A stretch of DNA of 63,977 nucleotides, counting the filler, from Collodictyon triciliatum (Eukaryota): NCBI GenBank assembly GCA_043381765.1. It is 6 parts of 6 records of this genome, joined end to end, with 100 filler letters (N's around TTAATTAATTAA, not from the genome) between each part and the next. Parts side by side here need not be neighbours in the genome. Positions count along the whole stretch, not along the records: positions 12,281 to 24,271 come from JBHJMP010002225.1; positions 24,372 to 36,547 come from JBHJMP010002226.1; 4 more parts are not named here. The stretch is one strand, 5' to 3'. The first letter of the stretch is position 1, and every line of letters starts with the position of its first letter. The translations under genes and the position numbers were made by a program. The notes beneath the pieces were generated by a model. It was not told the origin of the DNA. It saw nothing but the letters and a program-made list of their open reading frames with translations, and searched no databases. Positions 13,194 through 28,930 of the stretch are shown here, one piece after another.

Positions 13194-14739
13194 ATGTCAG
13201 GTTCGTATTCAGTTTGCAAGGGACTTTCGAAACCTCGCGTAACTTCCTTCGCTCCTCTATCGCTTCTTACCTTCCGCCCGCAACCCCAACCCTTCTCTGC
13301 CCGGCAATCCCTGTGGCAAAAGACGCGAGCAATCCACATCTTTCGCCACTTATTTCTTCATCTTTTTCTTATTTTCGTGCTCGTCCACTTTCCCTTTGGC
13401 CTAAAGAAAAAAATAACTGGGCCTGGAAATTCCGCAACCAAATACCCGAAAATTCTTTCTCTTCATGTCCCCATTATCAGAATCCTCTTTCTCGGCGAAT
13501 CGGCCAATCCTTCTTTTTTGTCATATCTTTTTCCTTGGACTCTCGACAGGTCCAAGCCCTGTTGAGATTGTCTTCCATGGCGGAGCACACCACACGAGTC
13601 AAATACTCGCCCAACCACGAAATACACACACGAAGCTTCCTCTCAGGGCGGGCCACTTCCAATGGTTCCGATTGATTGGTGGTGCCTATGAGCCTATTCA
13701 AGGTTTTTTTTTAATTTATTCATCGATGCGCGAACACATAAACGATATTCGAAAAGTCAAAAAGACCCCCCACATACACACAACATCTGTTATAATATGT
13801 GCAGGTGCTTCTACGCAATGCTTCTGCCCAACTGCAGACGATCTTTACACAGCCATCCGACTGAACTATACCACTGCAGAAGGGTTGGTGGTGAATGCGG
13901 ATGTCCCTGTAAAGTTTTTTGCCATGGGTCAGTCCATACAATGTGATAAATCTGTCATATCAAGAATGAACACTATCTGTGCTTTCTAGTTGATTCATAA
14001 CATAATCTATTTTACTCTTTTTCTTCTTCCAAAAACAACCCAGAATACATATGTAATTATATAAAATATAGCCTTAATACTGAATGGAAGGAGGTTCTTA
14101 TACTCTAGATCCAAAGGTGTGCTCTGCAGTCGAGGACTATGTTGGCCGAGGAAGATCAGAAGGAGTCACGTTCGAAGTAACAAAGGTGTGAATCAATTGT
14201 CCTTTGGACACTATGCAAGCAATCTTGCATACCTATCTTTTACTTCCGTCCTGGCCTTCTTTTACGATGTTTAATCCATCTCACGAGTTCGTATGCCAGG
14301 TCGGCACGAAACATTCAAACAAGTCGTGGTATCTCAACATCCAGAGCGGAATATCCTACCTTTATGAAGACGAGGATGAGCGCGCTGCATTCCAATCGGA
14401 TGAAGGGGTAACTGTTTCGTTTCTGTCGGTGGTAATCAAGATATAGAGTATTCAGATTGGGCCAAAGAAAACAGAAACAGAAACTAAACAAGAAAAAGAA
14501 AAAGAAAAAGAAAAAGAAAAAGAAAAAGAAAAAGAAAAAGAAAAAGAAAAAGAAAAAAGAAAAACGAAAAGAAGAGCCAGACAGCCCATGCTCACACAAT
14601 ACGTCGCCCGAACCAGCTCGTTCTTTCCTCAGATCATCCCCGGCAATTCCACCTGGGCTCCTTCCACCTGGAGACCGATTCGCTGCGGTCCAGGGATGTC
14701 ATTGCCCTCACGTACCGCGCTCTCATGAACCAACTTTAA
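13194..14739 (+). CDS. Small Ig-like (AIR9 A9 / SCAB-Ig type) plus PH-like domain protein
   Basis: Six phase-compatible exons give MSGPSPVEIVFHGGAHH...FQWFRLIGGAYEPIQGASTQCFCPTADDLYTAIRLNYT...MDPKVCSAVEDYV...TFEVT...SRDVIALTYRALMNQL-stop. QWFR..I.GA....PTADD is the A9/SCAB Ig signature. Confidence 0.6.
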
Positions 14740-15159
14740 GTGGCATACCAGCAAGTCGAGAAAGAGAAACGCGAGGCACCGTCTTGTCCCAACAAGCACA
14801 AGGCCTCACAAAACTACCTATTAACCTGCAATGCTGCCTCCTTTTTTTTCTTCCTACCTTCTTGATGGTCTCATTCACAAATCTTATCTAATCAGCTAAG
14901 GAGAGGGCTCCGCTCTTGCATGAATAAACACCGTGCCCTCTCTCTTGGCTGCATACCCCTGAGTTACTTTCGTGGACAATCTGAAGTAGCGCATAAAACG
15001 AACAACAAATATAGCAACCAAATAGCGAAGTCATATAATAATAAAACAAAATCATCGACGCTATTTTAGTTTTCTTGCTCTTTCTCCTGTCGACCCTTGC
15101 TGTGAACCACCTGCTACTTCTTTCTGGCCAACAAGCAGAGTCTGAGCCGCGATGGGGCG

Positions 15160-18273
<3,114 letters not shown>

Positions 18274-19219
18274 TCCTGAGAGCTGCCTGATTGTTGATCA
18301 GTGGCTTGCTTTGCCCAGCTGTGTATTCTGCTTTCTTTGGATCTTGTATGAGGTGTTATTTGCAGCAGGGCGTTTGGGGCGAGGCTGATTTGTCTTTGAT
18401 GGCTCGCTCTTGTGTGGAGACTATGGATGATGCAGCGCCAATCGAGCCTTTGCCTCGGGCTGCAAGGTGCCTGTGTGGTCAATAGGGAAAAAAATAAGAC
18501 GCAGGCACATGCCACCCATTTGTGGAGATTCAGAGAACTGTCCAAGAAATGTATTACGTGTGGAAAAATTAACTTTTTAATATTTTACCGTATATTTATC
18601 TCCTAAATAGCTTAATTATATATATTATGTATGTATATTATGTATATATAACATGTAAGTGAGAAAAATTCAACTAATTTGGAATTTAATTATAAATGTC
18701 ACGATCGCTTTATTTTGGAGCTTTGTGTCAAAAAATCTTGTTTGTGTTAGTGGGAGATATATGACGCTACTGCCTGCAGCATTAACTTTGTTCAAGTAAG
18801 GCCGATTCGTGCTCAGTGCATAATTATTACAATCGACTTGTTGTTGCAACGAAATTAGTGTCAGTTGAAGAACGTTGACATTACCGATCTCGATAAATGC
18901 AAGCGACGCAGAATCGGAATAATATATACACCCACCACACACGGAGGGCTCCTTCCTGTTTTCCCACACCAACCAAAAAAGAGCCAAAGAAAACATATTT
19001 AAGGTGATTTGAAAGAATCTCCCGATCACAACAACACTACCAGGCAGATACAGGTCAACTAGAGCGCGTATATGTTCTGTGAGGACAAGGAGGGAATTTG
19101 TGATTTTTCTGAGACCGTGGTTTCTCTGTCAATGCCTTCGGCTTCTCACTCGTAATTATGGGCGACTGTGTCATGTGTCACACTGGCGGCGGTCCTTAGA
19201 ACGAGAGATTACACGATTG

Positions 19220-19640
19220 AGAAGTGTGATAAGTGTAAGAAGTCTAAGAGGTGTAAGAAGTGTAAGAAGTGTAAGAAGTGTAATAGGTGTGAGAAGTGTA
19301 AGAAGTGTAATAGGTGTAAGAAGTGTAAGAAGTGTAAGAAGTGTAAGAAGTGTAAGAAGTGTAAGAAGTGTAAGAAGTGTAAGAAGTGTAAGAAGTGTAA
19401 GAAGTGTAAGAAGTGATAGAAGTGATAGAAGTGATAGAAGTGATAGAAGTGATAGAAGTGATAGAAGTGATAGAAGTGATAGAAGTGATAGAAGTGATAG
19501 AAGTGATAGAAGTGATAGAAGTGATAGAAGTGATAGAAGTGTAAGAAGTGTAAGAAGTGTAAGAAGTGTAAGAAGTGTAAGAAGTGTAAGAAGTGTAAGA
19601 AGTGTAAGAAGTGATAGAAGTGATAGAAGTGTAAGTGTAG
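19220..19640. repeat. 9-bp minisatellite with blocks of AGAAGTGTA and AGAAGTGAT variants
   Basis: Directly visible tandem array of more than 40 units, between divergently transcribed genes. Confidence 0.95.
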
Positions 19641-19743
19641 AACAAATAAGTTCCCCTGACTCGGCACCAACACCAGACCTCGATAGCAATTTTTTTTAAA
19701 AGCTGCACTGACATAACACGGAATCAGATTAACTTGGCCAAAT

Positions 19744-22559
19744 ATGGAAGGGACCGATCTTGCAAAATATAACGACTATTCTGGTTCCGCATTTGCACAC
19801 AAGCAGAAAAAGCGCCACCAGACTTTTCCTTCCCACCCTGAAGAAGATTTATCCTCCAGTCGTGAGTATTTATGGCCTTAATGCTTATATAATCCCTTGA
19901 TGAGATTATTCTACACACCGTTTACTCTGGACTTGAGTACTTTTCTCTATCCTAACAGAAATTCAAAATACCATATCCTCACAGGGGACAATGAGCAGAA
20001 ATTTATTTATTTACTTATTTATGTTATTAGAAAAAGTTCAGCACTTTAAGAAATCTCACAAGGCGGAAATGGAGCCAGAAAGCAGCTATGAAACCCACAA
20101 AAGTACGGGTGCAGAGCCAAATGAAGTCGAAAAACTATACACATGCAAAACTACAGTGCCTGCTATGTACTATCAAAAGTCTAAAAAAATAGTGCATATT
20201 AGCGACCCCCACGATGAGTTGGGACATATCTCGAGGGAGGGTAAAAAAAACGCAGATGCACACGCAAGTCCTAGTTCATCCTCTAGAGCTTTTCCAGCAC
20301 CATTTAAGGCACAAAGCACTACTCCATTGGATGGGAAGGAAGGAGCTGCAATCAAGTCCTCAGAGCAAATGAAGCAAGACCTTGCAAATAGTGAGCAGGC
20401 TCAAGGGGCTGCAGAGCTGCATGATAGCGGTGTGCAAACTCAGACATATTCACTGGTTTCTGACGAACAAGAGTCTTTTGAGGATATCATTTCCTCCCCA
20501 ATGTTCGAGACTGAGCCGTATCCGTACAGACATTCTAACCAACAGGACATCGGGCCATTTGACTTTCGAGAGCGGGACATATTTGAAGACATGAATTGTG
20601 ACATTCCTCTAGAACGAGAGGATACGCAAGATGACCCAAAGTCTGAGAGACTTTCCCAAGAGAATGTTTGTGTATCTTTGCTGAATCAACAATTGTTGGA
20701 ATGCAAGAGAATGCTTCATCACATCACAAGTTCTTCAATGAAAGTAAGGGAATTGTAAAGAAAGAAACCATGTTGATATAGATAAAGAGTCATCAACTCT
20801 TGTGATGACTCTATTCATTATTATATTTTTTTTTTTAAAAAAACAACAAACTTTAAGAATCTGATGGAATCAGAGGCATGTCTACCCTAATAAAGCACCA
20901 ACCAAAGAATAACAGAAAAAGAGAAAGAAAAAGGAAAAGAAAACGAAAAGTGAAGCGATCAACGATCAAGACATCCAAGATCAAAAAAGAAAAGATCAGC
21001 ACGATATTTTCTCTCTTAACGCTAATTACATATTAGGAAACACCAGATACAGTCACAAACAAATATAACGCAACAAAATATATGTTTAAAAAAAGAGACC
21101 AACCCAACCCAGATGCATACATTACCACATGCCTAATCGGAGCAACCCTTTGCACACACACAGGCTCAAAGACCCAAAGAGGCGGCCGGCACGCAAGGCA
21201 GAGGCAGAGAGGCACAAAGCCCGACCCAGACGCAAGAACGGAGACACCCGCACGGAGGATCGAGCCTGACGTATGTCTTCTCGGCAGTGAGAGGGGGCGG
21301 CCTCACGGAGCAGCAAAGCCCTGCAGGCCCATCTGCGGCGGGCTCCGTGGCGCAGGAGGCCGGGCAGTGGAGGGAGGAAGGCGGCAAGGCGGGCACACGG
21401 AGCCCTGATTGGCCGCCCAGCAAAGAGGCCGTCAACCGCATCGGCCGCACAGGAAGCGACGCGGGTGTCTGCTGGCCCGAGAAGCTGCGCCTGTGTCTGC
21501 AGATGCCGTCGTTTCCAGGCAAGATGGCTCCAGGCAGCAACGAGTACTTCTGGATTCACCCGTGCCAAGCCGCCGACTGGCTTTTTATCACAAAGGTTTG
21601 CCTCTCATCTCGCTCAGTGGAGAAGAAAAAGAAAAAAAAAAAAAAAAAAGAGAAAAACTAGCAAAAGAAAAAGAAAAGGATTCCAGTTATACTTTCTTTA
21701 AATAATAGCAACAACAAAAAGAAAATGAGTGAATGGGGTTATCTCCAACTCCATTCGCCTATACTGCAATAAAAAGAATTTTTAATATGAATAATATACA
21801 TAAAAGAACTCGCTCCTGAAAAACCTGCGCGTAAACAACATCCTCCCCGTGGACGACCGCCGCACCAGACAAGAGGTAAGAGGCGAAATAGACCCCACCA
21901 CACCCAATAATCAACCGCCCAAACCACCCCCTCCTCCATTCCAACACACCCGCGCCCACACAAAACTGCCCCCTTTTTGTTTCCATTTTACTTTGTCATT
22001 ACGCCTCTTTGGACGCACAAAACAACCGCTCCACCTAAGCTCCCGAGCGCCGCCCCAGGTCAAGACCTTCCGCTTCCCGCATGAGGACGGGTGCCCGCAG
22101 AAGCTGCCCAAGAAGAAGCGGCGCTTCGACGCGTGCGATGCCCCGGCCGACAGGGACACGCGGTCCACGCCCTTTCTCATCGCCCACATCCTGCGCGAGT
22201 CGCTTCCGTATGCTGGGCTGACCCGGCCGCAAATGAGGTAGGCGTGTATCCAGATATAGACACACCTGACGAGCGCACCACACGCCACACCGCCCCAGTT
22301 GCCTCAATGCGCATTGCCCCACAGCGAACTCGCCCAGCAGCTCGACCACCTCTCTGCACGGCTGCGCAACACCGGCGAGCCCACCCTGCTCACGGATGAG
22401 GAAGACGACCGGCCCGACTCGCACGTGTCCCTCTTTGGCGACACCATACACTCTCTGGCCGACTGCGCCGTTCTTGGGCTGCTCGACGACCCCCGCCCCT
22501 ACGACCAGCTCCACCCCCAGTTCGAGTGTGACTTGGCCCAGTTCCTTACCCGCCTCTGA
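19744..22559 (+). CDS. Hypothetical protein (multi-exon; could be two genes)
   Basis: Exon 19744-19861 (MEGTDLAK...; GTGAGT donor) is in phase with the exon at ~20031-20743. GC-rich exons follow at 21164-21595, ~22059-22236 and ~22299-22559. No family recognised. Confidence 0.55.
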
Positions 22560-22888
22560 TCGCACCTTCCTTCTCTTTTTTTTTTTTTCATTTCATTTCA
22601 TTTCCTTATATTCCTGTTGAACAGCTCCGCCTTACTTCACTATTTCATAACCCTCCTTTTTTTTTCTTCTTCCTTCTAATTATTATTATATGCGCCTCAA
22701 ATGGCAACACGGAAGTTCTGAACCCGCACAGAGGGGCTGTTTCGCATGCCAATTGTGGAAAATAAAATACAGATCCGTTCTGACCCAATCGAGAAGACCG
22801 CGACAAATCAGCTGGGTGGGGTTTATGCTCCAATTGTGGGAAATAAAGTAGTGGCGCGGTTGCGCTTTACCGGCCGTTCTTGTCGGAT

Positions 22889-24187
22889 TCAGGGGCTGTA
22901 TGTTTGTCGCCACTGGATGGCCTTCAGGCAATGCGGACACCGGGCTTTCCCTTCCACGCAGGCCGAGCAGAACTGGTTATGTCCGCAGGGATAAAGCGCC
23001 ATGCAGGCTGCGGCGCTCTTGCAGATTTCGCATTGCGTCTGCGGTCTTCCGTTATCTGCCACAGCCTGCGACTCGGCAAGCTCTCTCTCAATCTCGTCCA
23101 TCACATCGTCTTGCGGGCGATTCGGCCGCCGGCCATTGGGTTCTGGCCATGAAGAAGACAAGAGATGGTTGATTATCACGGGACGAGTCATGCTTTTCGT
23201 CCTTGTTATTGCATCTATACAAATGATAGCTTTCTGTCACCCACCAAAAGACAACGCCGGCGCAGCAACATCATCCGGCAAGTTTTCGCTCGCCAACTCG
23301 TCTCGCACATCCACAACAATATCGGCGATGTCTTTGCCTCCCTCCTTTTCCATGCTCCCATCCTCACCGGCATTTTCAGGCAGAGAGCCGCGGGATAAAG
23401 AGTTGAGATTCCTATTGAGATTCGGCTGCGAATCGTCCGTTCTTGCAGTGTGCGGCGTGGTCGGAATGGACGCTGTGCGCGACGTGGATTCCTCGGTCAC
23501 TCCGCTAAGGGCCTTTCCTACACGGTTCATATTTGGTTGCAGCATTCCTCCTGGGGATGTCATCTTGTCGCTCGTAAGCGGTATCGGTCCGGCCATTCCG
23601 AACGGGCTGCTGTCAGAGTCTGAACTGTGTCCTTCCTGGTCTGATATTTTCTTGCCAGCACCTTCGCTCTTTGTGCGTGCTTTGAGTGGGATTGAAGCTG
23701 ACAATGACAGGTCGAGCGTGTCTCGCTCACTGTCACTTGCGCCGTTCACATTGCTGTTTGCGTTTGCATTTGTGTTTGTGCCTGCCTTCACATTCAAGCC
23801 TGTATGTATACATATATATTGGCTTTTTTAAAACTTGTCACTATATTGTTATTTTTATTTAAAAAAGTAAGCACGTTGATAATAATATGGAGTTGCTGTT
23901 GAAGATGAAATGTATGTGTGGGCTGCGTATCTTTCAATTGGCCAGGATATTAACCTTGTTCGGAGTTCCGACGGCTGATGCTTGGCATATCCACATCTCC
24001 TTCTCGCACATCGTTGATGAACCCCAGGTCTCCAAACTTCTCCAATTTGATGATTCCCGTGTCAATCACATAGTCCTTGAGCTTTGGTGTAGACTCGATG
24101 ATGGAGGGCGGTATCATCCGAAGGATTCGAGCCGAGCGGGCCGTAGCATCACGCACACTTTTGCGAAACATGTTTGGCAGATAGATT
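22889..24187 (-). CDS. Protein with C-terminal RING-HC finger (putative E3 ligase), 5' part in the gap
   Basis: Last exon encodes CEICKSAAACMALYPCGHNQFCSACVEGKARCPHC. Upstream exons at ~23250-23800 and ~23955-24187. Confidence 0.8.
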
Positions 24188-24371
24188 CCTAATTTTCCGT
24201 AAAATTAGGAATGAAAACCATAAAAAACCATAAAAAACCATAAAAAACCATAAAAAACCATAAAAAACCATNNNNNNNNNNNNNNNNNNNNNNNNNNNNN
24301 NNNNNNNNNNNNNNNTTAATTAATTAANNNNNNNNNNNNNNNNNNNNNNNNNNNNNNNNNNNNNNNNNNNN

Positions 24372-24786
24372 CCATCATCACCATCAGACACACCACGAAC
24401 AAGACAAATTAAATGATCACAAAAGAAAAGGGTTTGAACTTTTAAATTTTTTAAAAAAAATAAATGGACCAACTCTGGAAAAGGGCAGAAAGGAAGTCTT
24501 TTATCTGAATCTTAGGGAGCAACACAACCGCGAAAAAAAAAGTGGCAATAGAAAGACACAAGCACACAAAAACGCGCCGCACTCCATACCCCATCACGGT
24601 TTTTTTCTTTTATGATTCCCCCACTCTTATTATTACAAGTGGCGAAATATCGAAAAATTATTAAAGTTTTCTTTTAAATGTTTGTTGTGTTGTTTATTAT
24701 TATTATTATTATTATTTTTTAAAAAAAAAAAGAGAGAGAATCTATATCCGAGGGAGGCAACAAAGAAAAAAAAAAAGAAAAAAAAA

Positions 24787-24842
<56 letters not shown>

Positions 24843-25480
24843 TTAGTTAGATTCAGAAAGAAAATAAAAACTGGAGAATAAAAAAAAAATAAATGGATAT
24901 AGAAAAGAGGATGGAAGAAAGACTCAGGCCAAAGGCAAGATCTGTCCTAGATGAATCGCACTTACGAGCTGTCCATGTTTTGCGTTGATTGGCTTCTCTG
25001 CTTGGTTTTGTTAATGAGTTAATATTGCGCTTCCTTTTCTTCCCTGTCGTCGTGTTTGGTGTTGCTTTCTGTGATTGGCGCCTCCATCATCACCATCAGA
25101 CACACCACGAACAAGACAAATAAATGATCACAAAAGAAAAGGGTTTGAACTTTTAAATTTTTTAAAAAAAATAAATAAATGGACCAACTCTGGAAAAGGG
25201 CAGAAAGGGAGTCTTTTATCTGAATCTTAAGGAGCAACACAACCGCGAAAAAAAAAAAAGGGGCAATAGAAAGACACAAACACACAAAAACGCGCCGCAC
25301 TCCACACCCCATCACGGTTTTTTTCTTTTATGATTCTCCCACCATTAAAATTACATGTGGCGAAATATCGAAAAATTATTAAAGTTTTCTTTTAAATGTT
25401 TGTTGTGTTGTTTATTATTATTATTATTTTTTAAAAAAAAAGAGAATCTATATCCGAGGGAGGTAACAAAGAAAAAAAAA
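24372..25480. repeat. Near-identical tandem duplication: about 400 bp at 24372-24770 and 25084-25480
   Basis: Both copies start CCATCATCACCATCAGACACACCACGAACAAGAC and end TCTATATCCGAGGGAGG(C/T)AACAAAG, with scattered substitutions and indels. Confidence 0.92.
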
Positions 25481-25566
25481 GAATAAAACACAAAAGTGAA
25501 AAACAAGCTTGTATAAAAAAGTGGAAAAAAAAACCAGAGAAAAAAGCGAAGAGAAGGAAAAGGACA

Positions 25567-27163
25567 TCATTCGTCTGCAGGTGCCGCCCCAAATAAACAC
25601 TGCTTCTCATTAAACAAAAATGTATCGACCGGGATATGCCTCATGGAAATAAGTACACCGCTCAGCATCTTGCGCTTCTCTGCGTTCGGGAAGTGTGGCA
25701 GGTGAACGACATGTCCAAAGCGATTTACAACAACAGGGAGCGAAAGAAGCGCCTCGATTGGCACCTTCAAGGCGCCCCACCGAAAGCGATTGCTCCGCTG
25801 AAGCCGATGCTTGTTGTTTGTCTGGATGTCCGATACACGAATCCGCCGCACATACAAAGGCACACACGAGACGGCCTCTAGCGGCGAAGTCACCCGCAGC
25901 CGAAACTGAAACCGATTCTCCCAAACCAAGTCGATGTTTTCCTGCAACTGAAGCATTTTCTGCTCCGGTTCGCGGTCAATCTCGGGCATGACAAGGAGGT
26001 ACGTGTGGTTGGGCTTTGCAGTTGCCTTTTCTGTGTCCTTTTGTGGTGGCGCTGTGAATATAGGCTTGATGGGATGCGGCGAGCGTATAACTTTGATGAG
26101 GCAGTTTGACAAGGTTCTTTGCTTGGATATCGTGCGATGTTGCTTGCTTTCGCCAGGATTTTCAGGGGTGGTTGGTGTCGTTTTGCACGATTTGTTGAGC
26201 CTGTGGTTCTTTTTTGCCCAGTCGAGAAATGCAACGATGCTGGGATAGCGAGGAGGCTCATTGGAAGTTCGCACGGTGTTCAGAGCACGCACAGTCAGTC
26301 GGGCAGATAATTGCTGTGGTAGTTGAACAAAACGCTCTAGATCGATCTGATGAAGCAGCGAGAGAACGAGTGTTTGAAAAAAAAAATACGTCCGAATTTT
26401 GGGTTGTGAGATACTTGTTATTGTTATGTATGCTACAACATCAGCTTCTGAAACGAGAGTCAAATAAGTGTATGAAAAGGTTGTTGAATTCGCAGTGGAT
26501 AATGGTTATAAGTACCAAACAGCATCCAGAGTTTGTCGGTATATGTACAGTTTGCTTCATCTCGTCCAATAATTGTTTAGAGAGGAGCCTATTAATAATG
26601 GCAGAATGAAAATTATAGTTACACTTAAATACTGCAACATTAAGATGAAGTTATATTTCGTAAGGGCATTTGAAAAACAGCTTGAGATTTTAGTTATCTT
26701 AAGGTAAGCCTCAATCATCGTGAATATATCTTAACAAGAAAAAAAGGAGGGGGGAGGTTATGATAACTGTAGTCACAAGCATATCAACACACCCAAATGC
26801 ATTATAATTACCTTCTAGCATCTTGCATGATTGATATGATATTATTGATTTTGTCTGGATAATGTACATCTAAATGTTGAAGCTTGTGGGGGGGAGGGGG
26901 AACAATAACAATAACAATAACAATAACAAAAACAAAAACAAAAAAAAATAGGACATAAAACAATATGATGGATAGTAGAGTTAGTCTTTCTAAACGAAAA
27001 ATAAAAGCTTAAAGGAATGCTATATATAAAATGAACATAAGATGCTTTAAGATGAGAGTTCGGTGGATATTCCTGTCTAAGCTGCCAACATAATAAGAGA
27101 AAAGAAGACTATGATTGAAATTCATTTTGAACAATATGGTTCATTAGGGCTCAGGGTCATTTG

Positions 27164-27211
<48 letters not shown>

Positions 27212-27231
27212 AACATTAACAAAGGTGAAAG

Positions 27232-27265
<34 letters not shown>

Positions 27266-28527
27266 ATACACGCTTGACAGCAATTTGTGAAGAATCGTTC
27301 TTTTCTTGGAAATTTACTCGGAGAGGATTGGCCAAATAATCTTGATTAAAGCGTCGACATGTTTCTATGAGTCGGTTCTAAAATGGCGTGGGAGAACATA
27401 TGGCTCCAGTTAACAGGACTGGTATTAGAATGATAAAATCTTTCATAAAAGGCTACATAACTTCCTGAGGAAAAAAAAAAAAAGAAATTGTAGCATTTTA
27501 CTACAAACCCGAGGTATAGAAACAAATGGAATGCCAATCATGACGTTGTTGTGAAAGCGTAGATGGCCCACATTTCCCATGCTGTCTATTCCTATTTCAT
27601 TCAATAGGGATGTTATTGAGTAAATGAATAGAAATATATCGAGAAGTTAAAAAAAATTCCGTCTTCTCTTATCTACGTATCTCATTTAAGTCGAATGCTT
27701 AACAATTATTGGTTCTATATCCAAATCAACCATTTGATTGGCCCCATTTCTTCAGAAAGTCTTTTGCATGACCTTCTAAATCGTTCCCTATAAAAACTGT
27801 ATCGATACTCTGCAACCTAATCAGAAGAATAAACAGTTTCATTATTAAGGGACGTATTGATATACAAAATCTGTCTATGATTTTGCTTGTGTTCTTCAAA
27901 GACCCTTATTTCATCTAAACAAATCCACAAATAACCTGCAAGCTTCAGTGATGGCGTCCATCTTATATTTCCTCATGTAATTATCTCGATGAGCAAGCAA
28001 ACGACTATCTGAAGGTGGACTCAATGACAGTACTTGATGATTGATTCCTGTGAAGTTGCGCAAGCAGCGTAAATTACTTAAACTGGCGAGCTGTTCCTCC
28101 AAGATAGAGTATGAGAGATTATAGATGCCTTTTGAAAAGAAAATCACCTTGTCTTTGCATCCACCCACGAACCCGGTTCACATTTGCTTGAACATCGGAT
28201 TTTCTTTCCTGCTCGGTGCATGTAATGGCCAGAATGCTGTTTGCATATATCGCGCCGAGTGAAAATCCTTGAATCCATTCCTTTAGGAGCAAAGACAGAG
28301 CCACACTTTCCGAGCTGCCCGACACTGCCACTGCTGCAGTCGCATTCGAGTTGAGTCATGAATCTGGTGCAGTTTTCTTCTTTTCTTTTATCTTTGTAAT
28401 CATATTCTTCCATTGAAAAATTTTTTATATGATGTGGTGATATGGCTTTCTCACCAACTCGCCTTGGCCGAGTGATTCCACAAGAGCGGAGCATCTGCAC
28501 GAACTCTGTGGGCAAGATGGCAGACAT
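25567..28527 (-). CDS. tilS: TilS (tRNA-Ile lysidine synthetase)-like protein, organellar/alphaproteobacterial type, with degenerate active site
   Basis: RVAVAVSGSSESVALSLLLKEW, YMRKYKMDAITEAC, TVFIGNDLEGHAKDFL, IGIPFVSIPRNRLIETCRRFNQDYLANP, and C-terminal RTLSNCLI, WENRF and LSLPVV...VHLPHF occur in TilS order. Confidence 0.7.
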
Positions 28528-28684
28528 CGCCACTACAAACAACAAAGAAAACATGCCGAGAAAAGAACTGTTGTGAGATGGAGTAGGGAAATAGCAGTTT
28601 TGGGGCCCAACGGAATAAGAGAGTGAGGGAATGTTGCCGAGTTGCTTCGAGTTTACTCATGAGAGGCATCCAGCGATGCAAATG

Positions 28685-28752
<68 letters not shown>

Positions 28753-28930
28753 TAAAATGACGGCTGTATAATAATATGTTCCGATCTATGCAGCCATAAT
28801 CTTGGTGGGTTCCGGACCCAGAAAAACCGGATGCCGATTGTACATCCTTGTTGAATCATTAAAGAAGAAAAAAACAGTATTTCACTTTATCGAGTGCTTT
28901 GTTGTTGTTGGCTAAAAGCGGGCGTCATCA

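Noticed and set aside
19410..19540. Selenocysteine read-through of TGA after the CKK repeats
   Set aside because: Each TGA is followed by TAG; this is a by-product of the repeat variant.
19220..19640. CRISPR-like array
   Set aside because: No unique spacers, no cas genes, eukaryotic context.
25019..25021. Stop-codon reassignment suggested by in-frame TAA (and TAG at 12507)
   Set aside because: Conserved genes end normally at TAA (ProRS, CDC48) and TAG (Sec24), and long exons lack internal stops.
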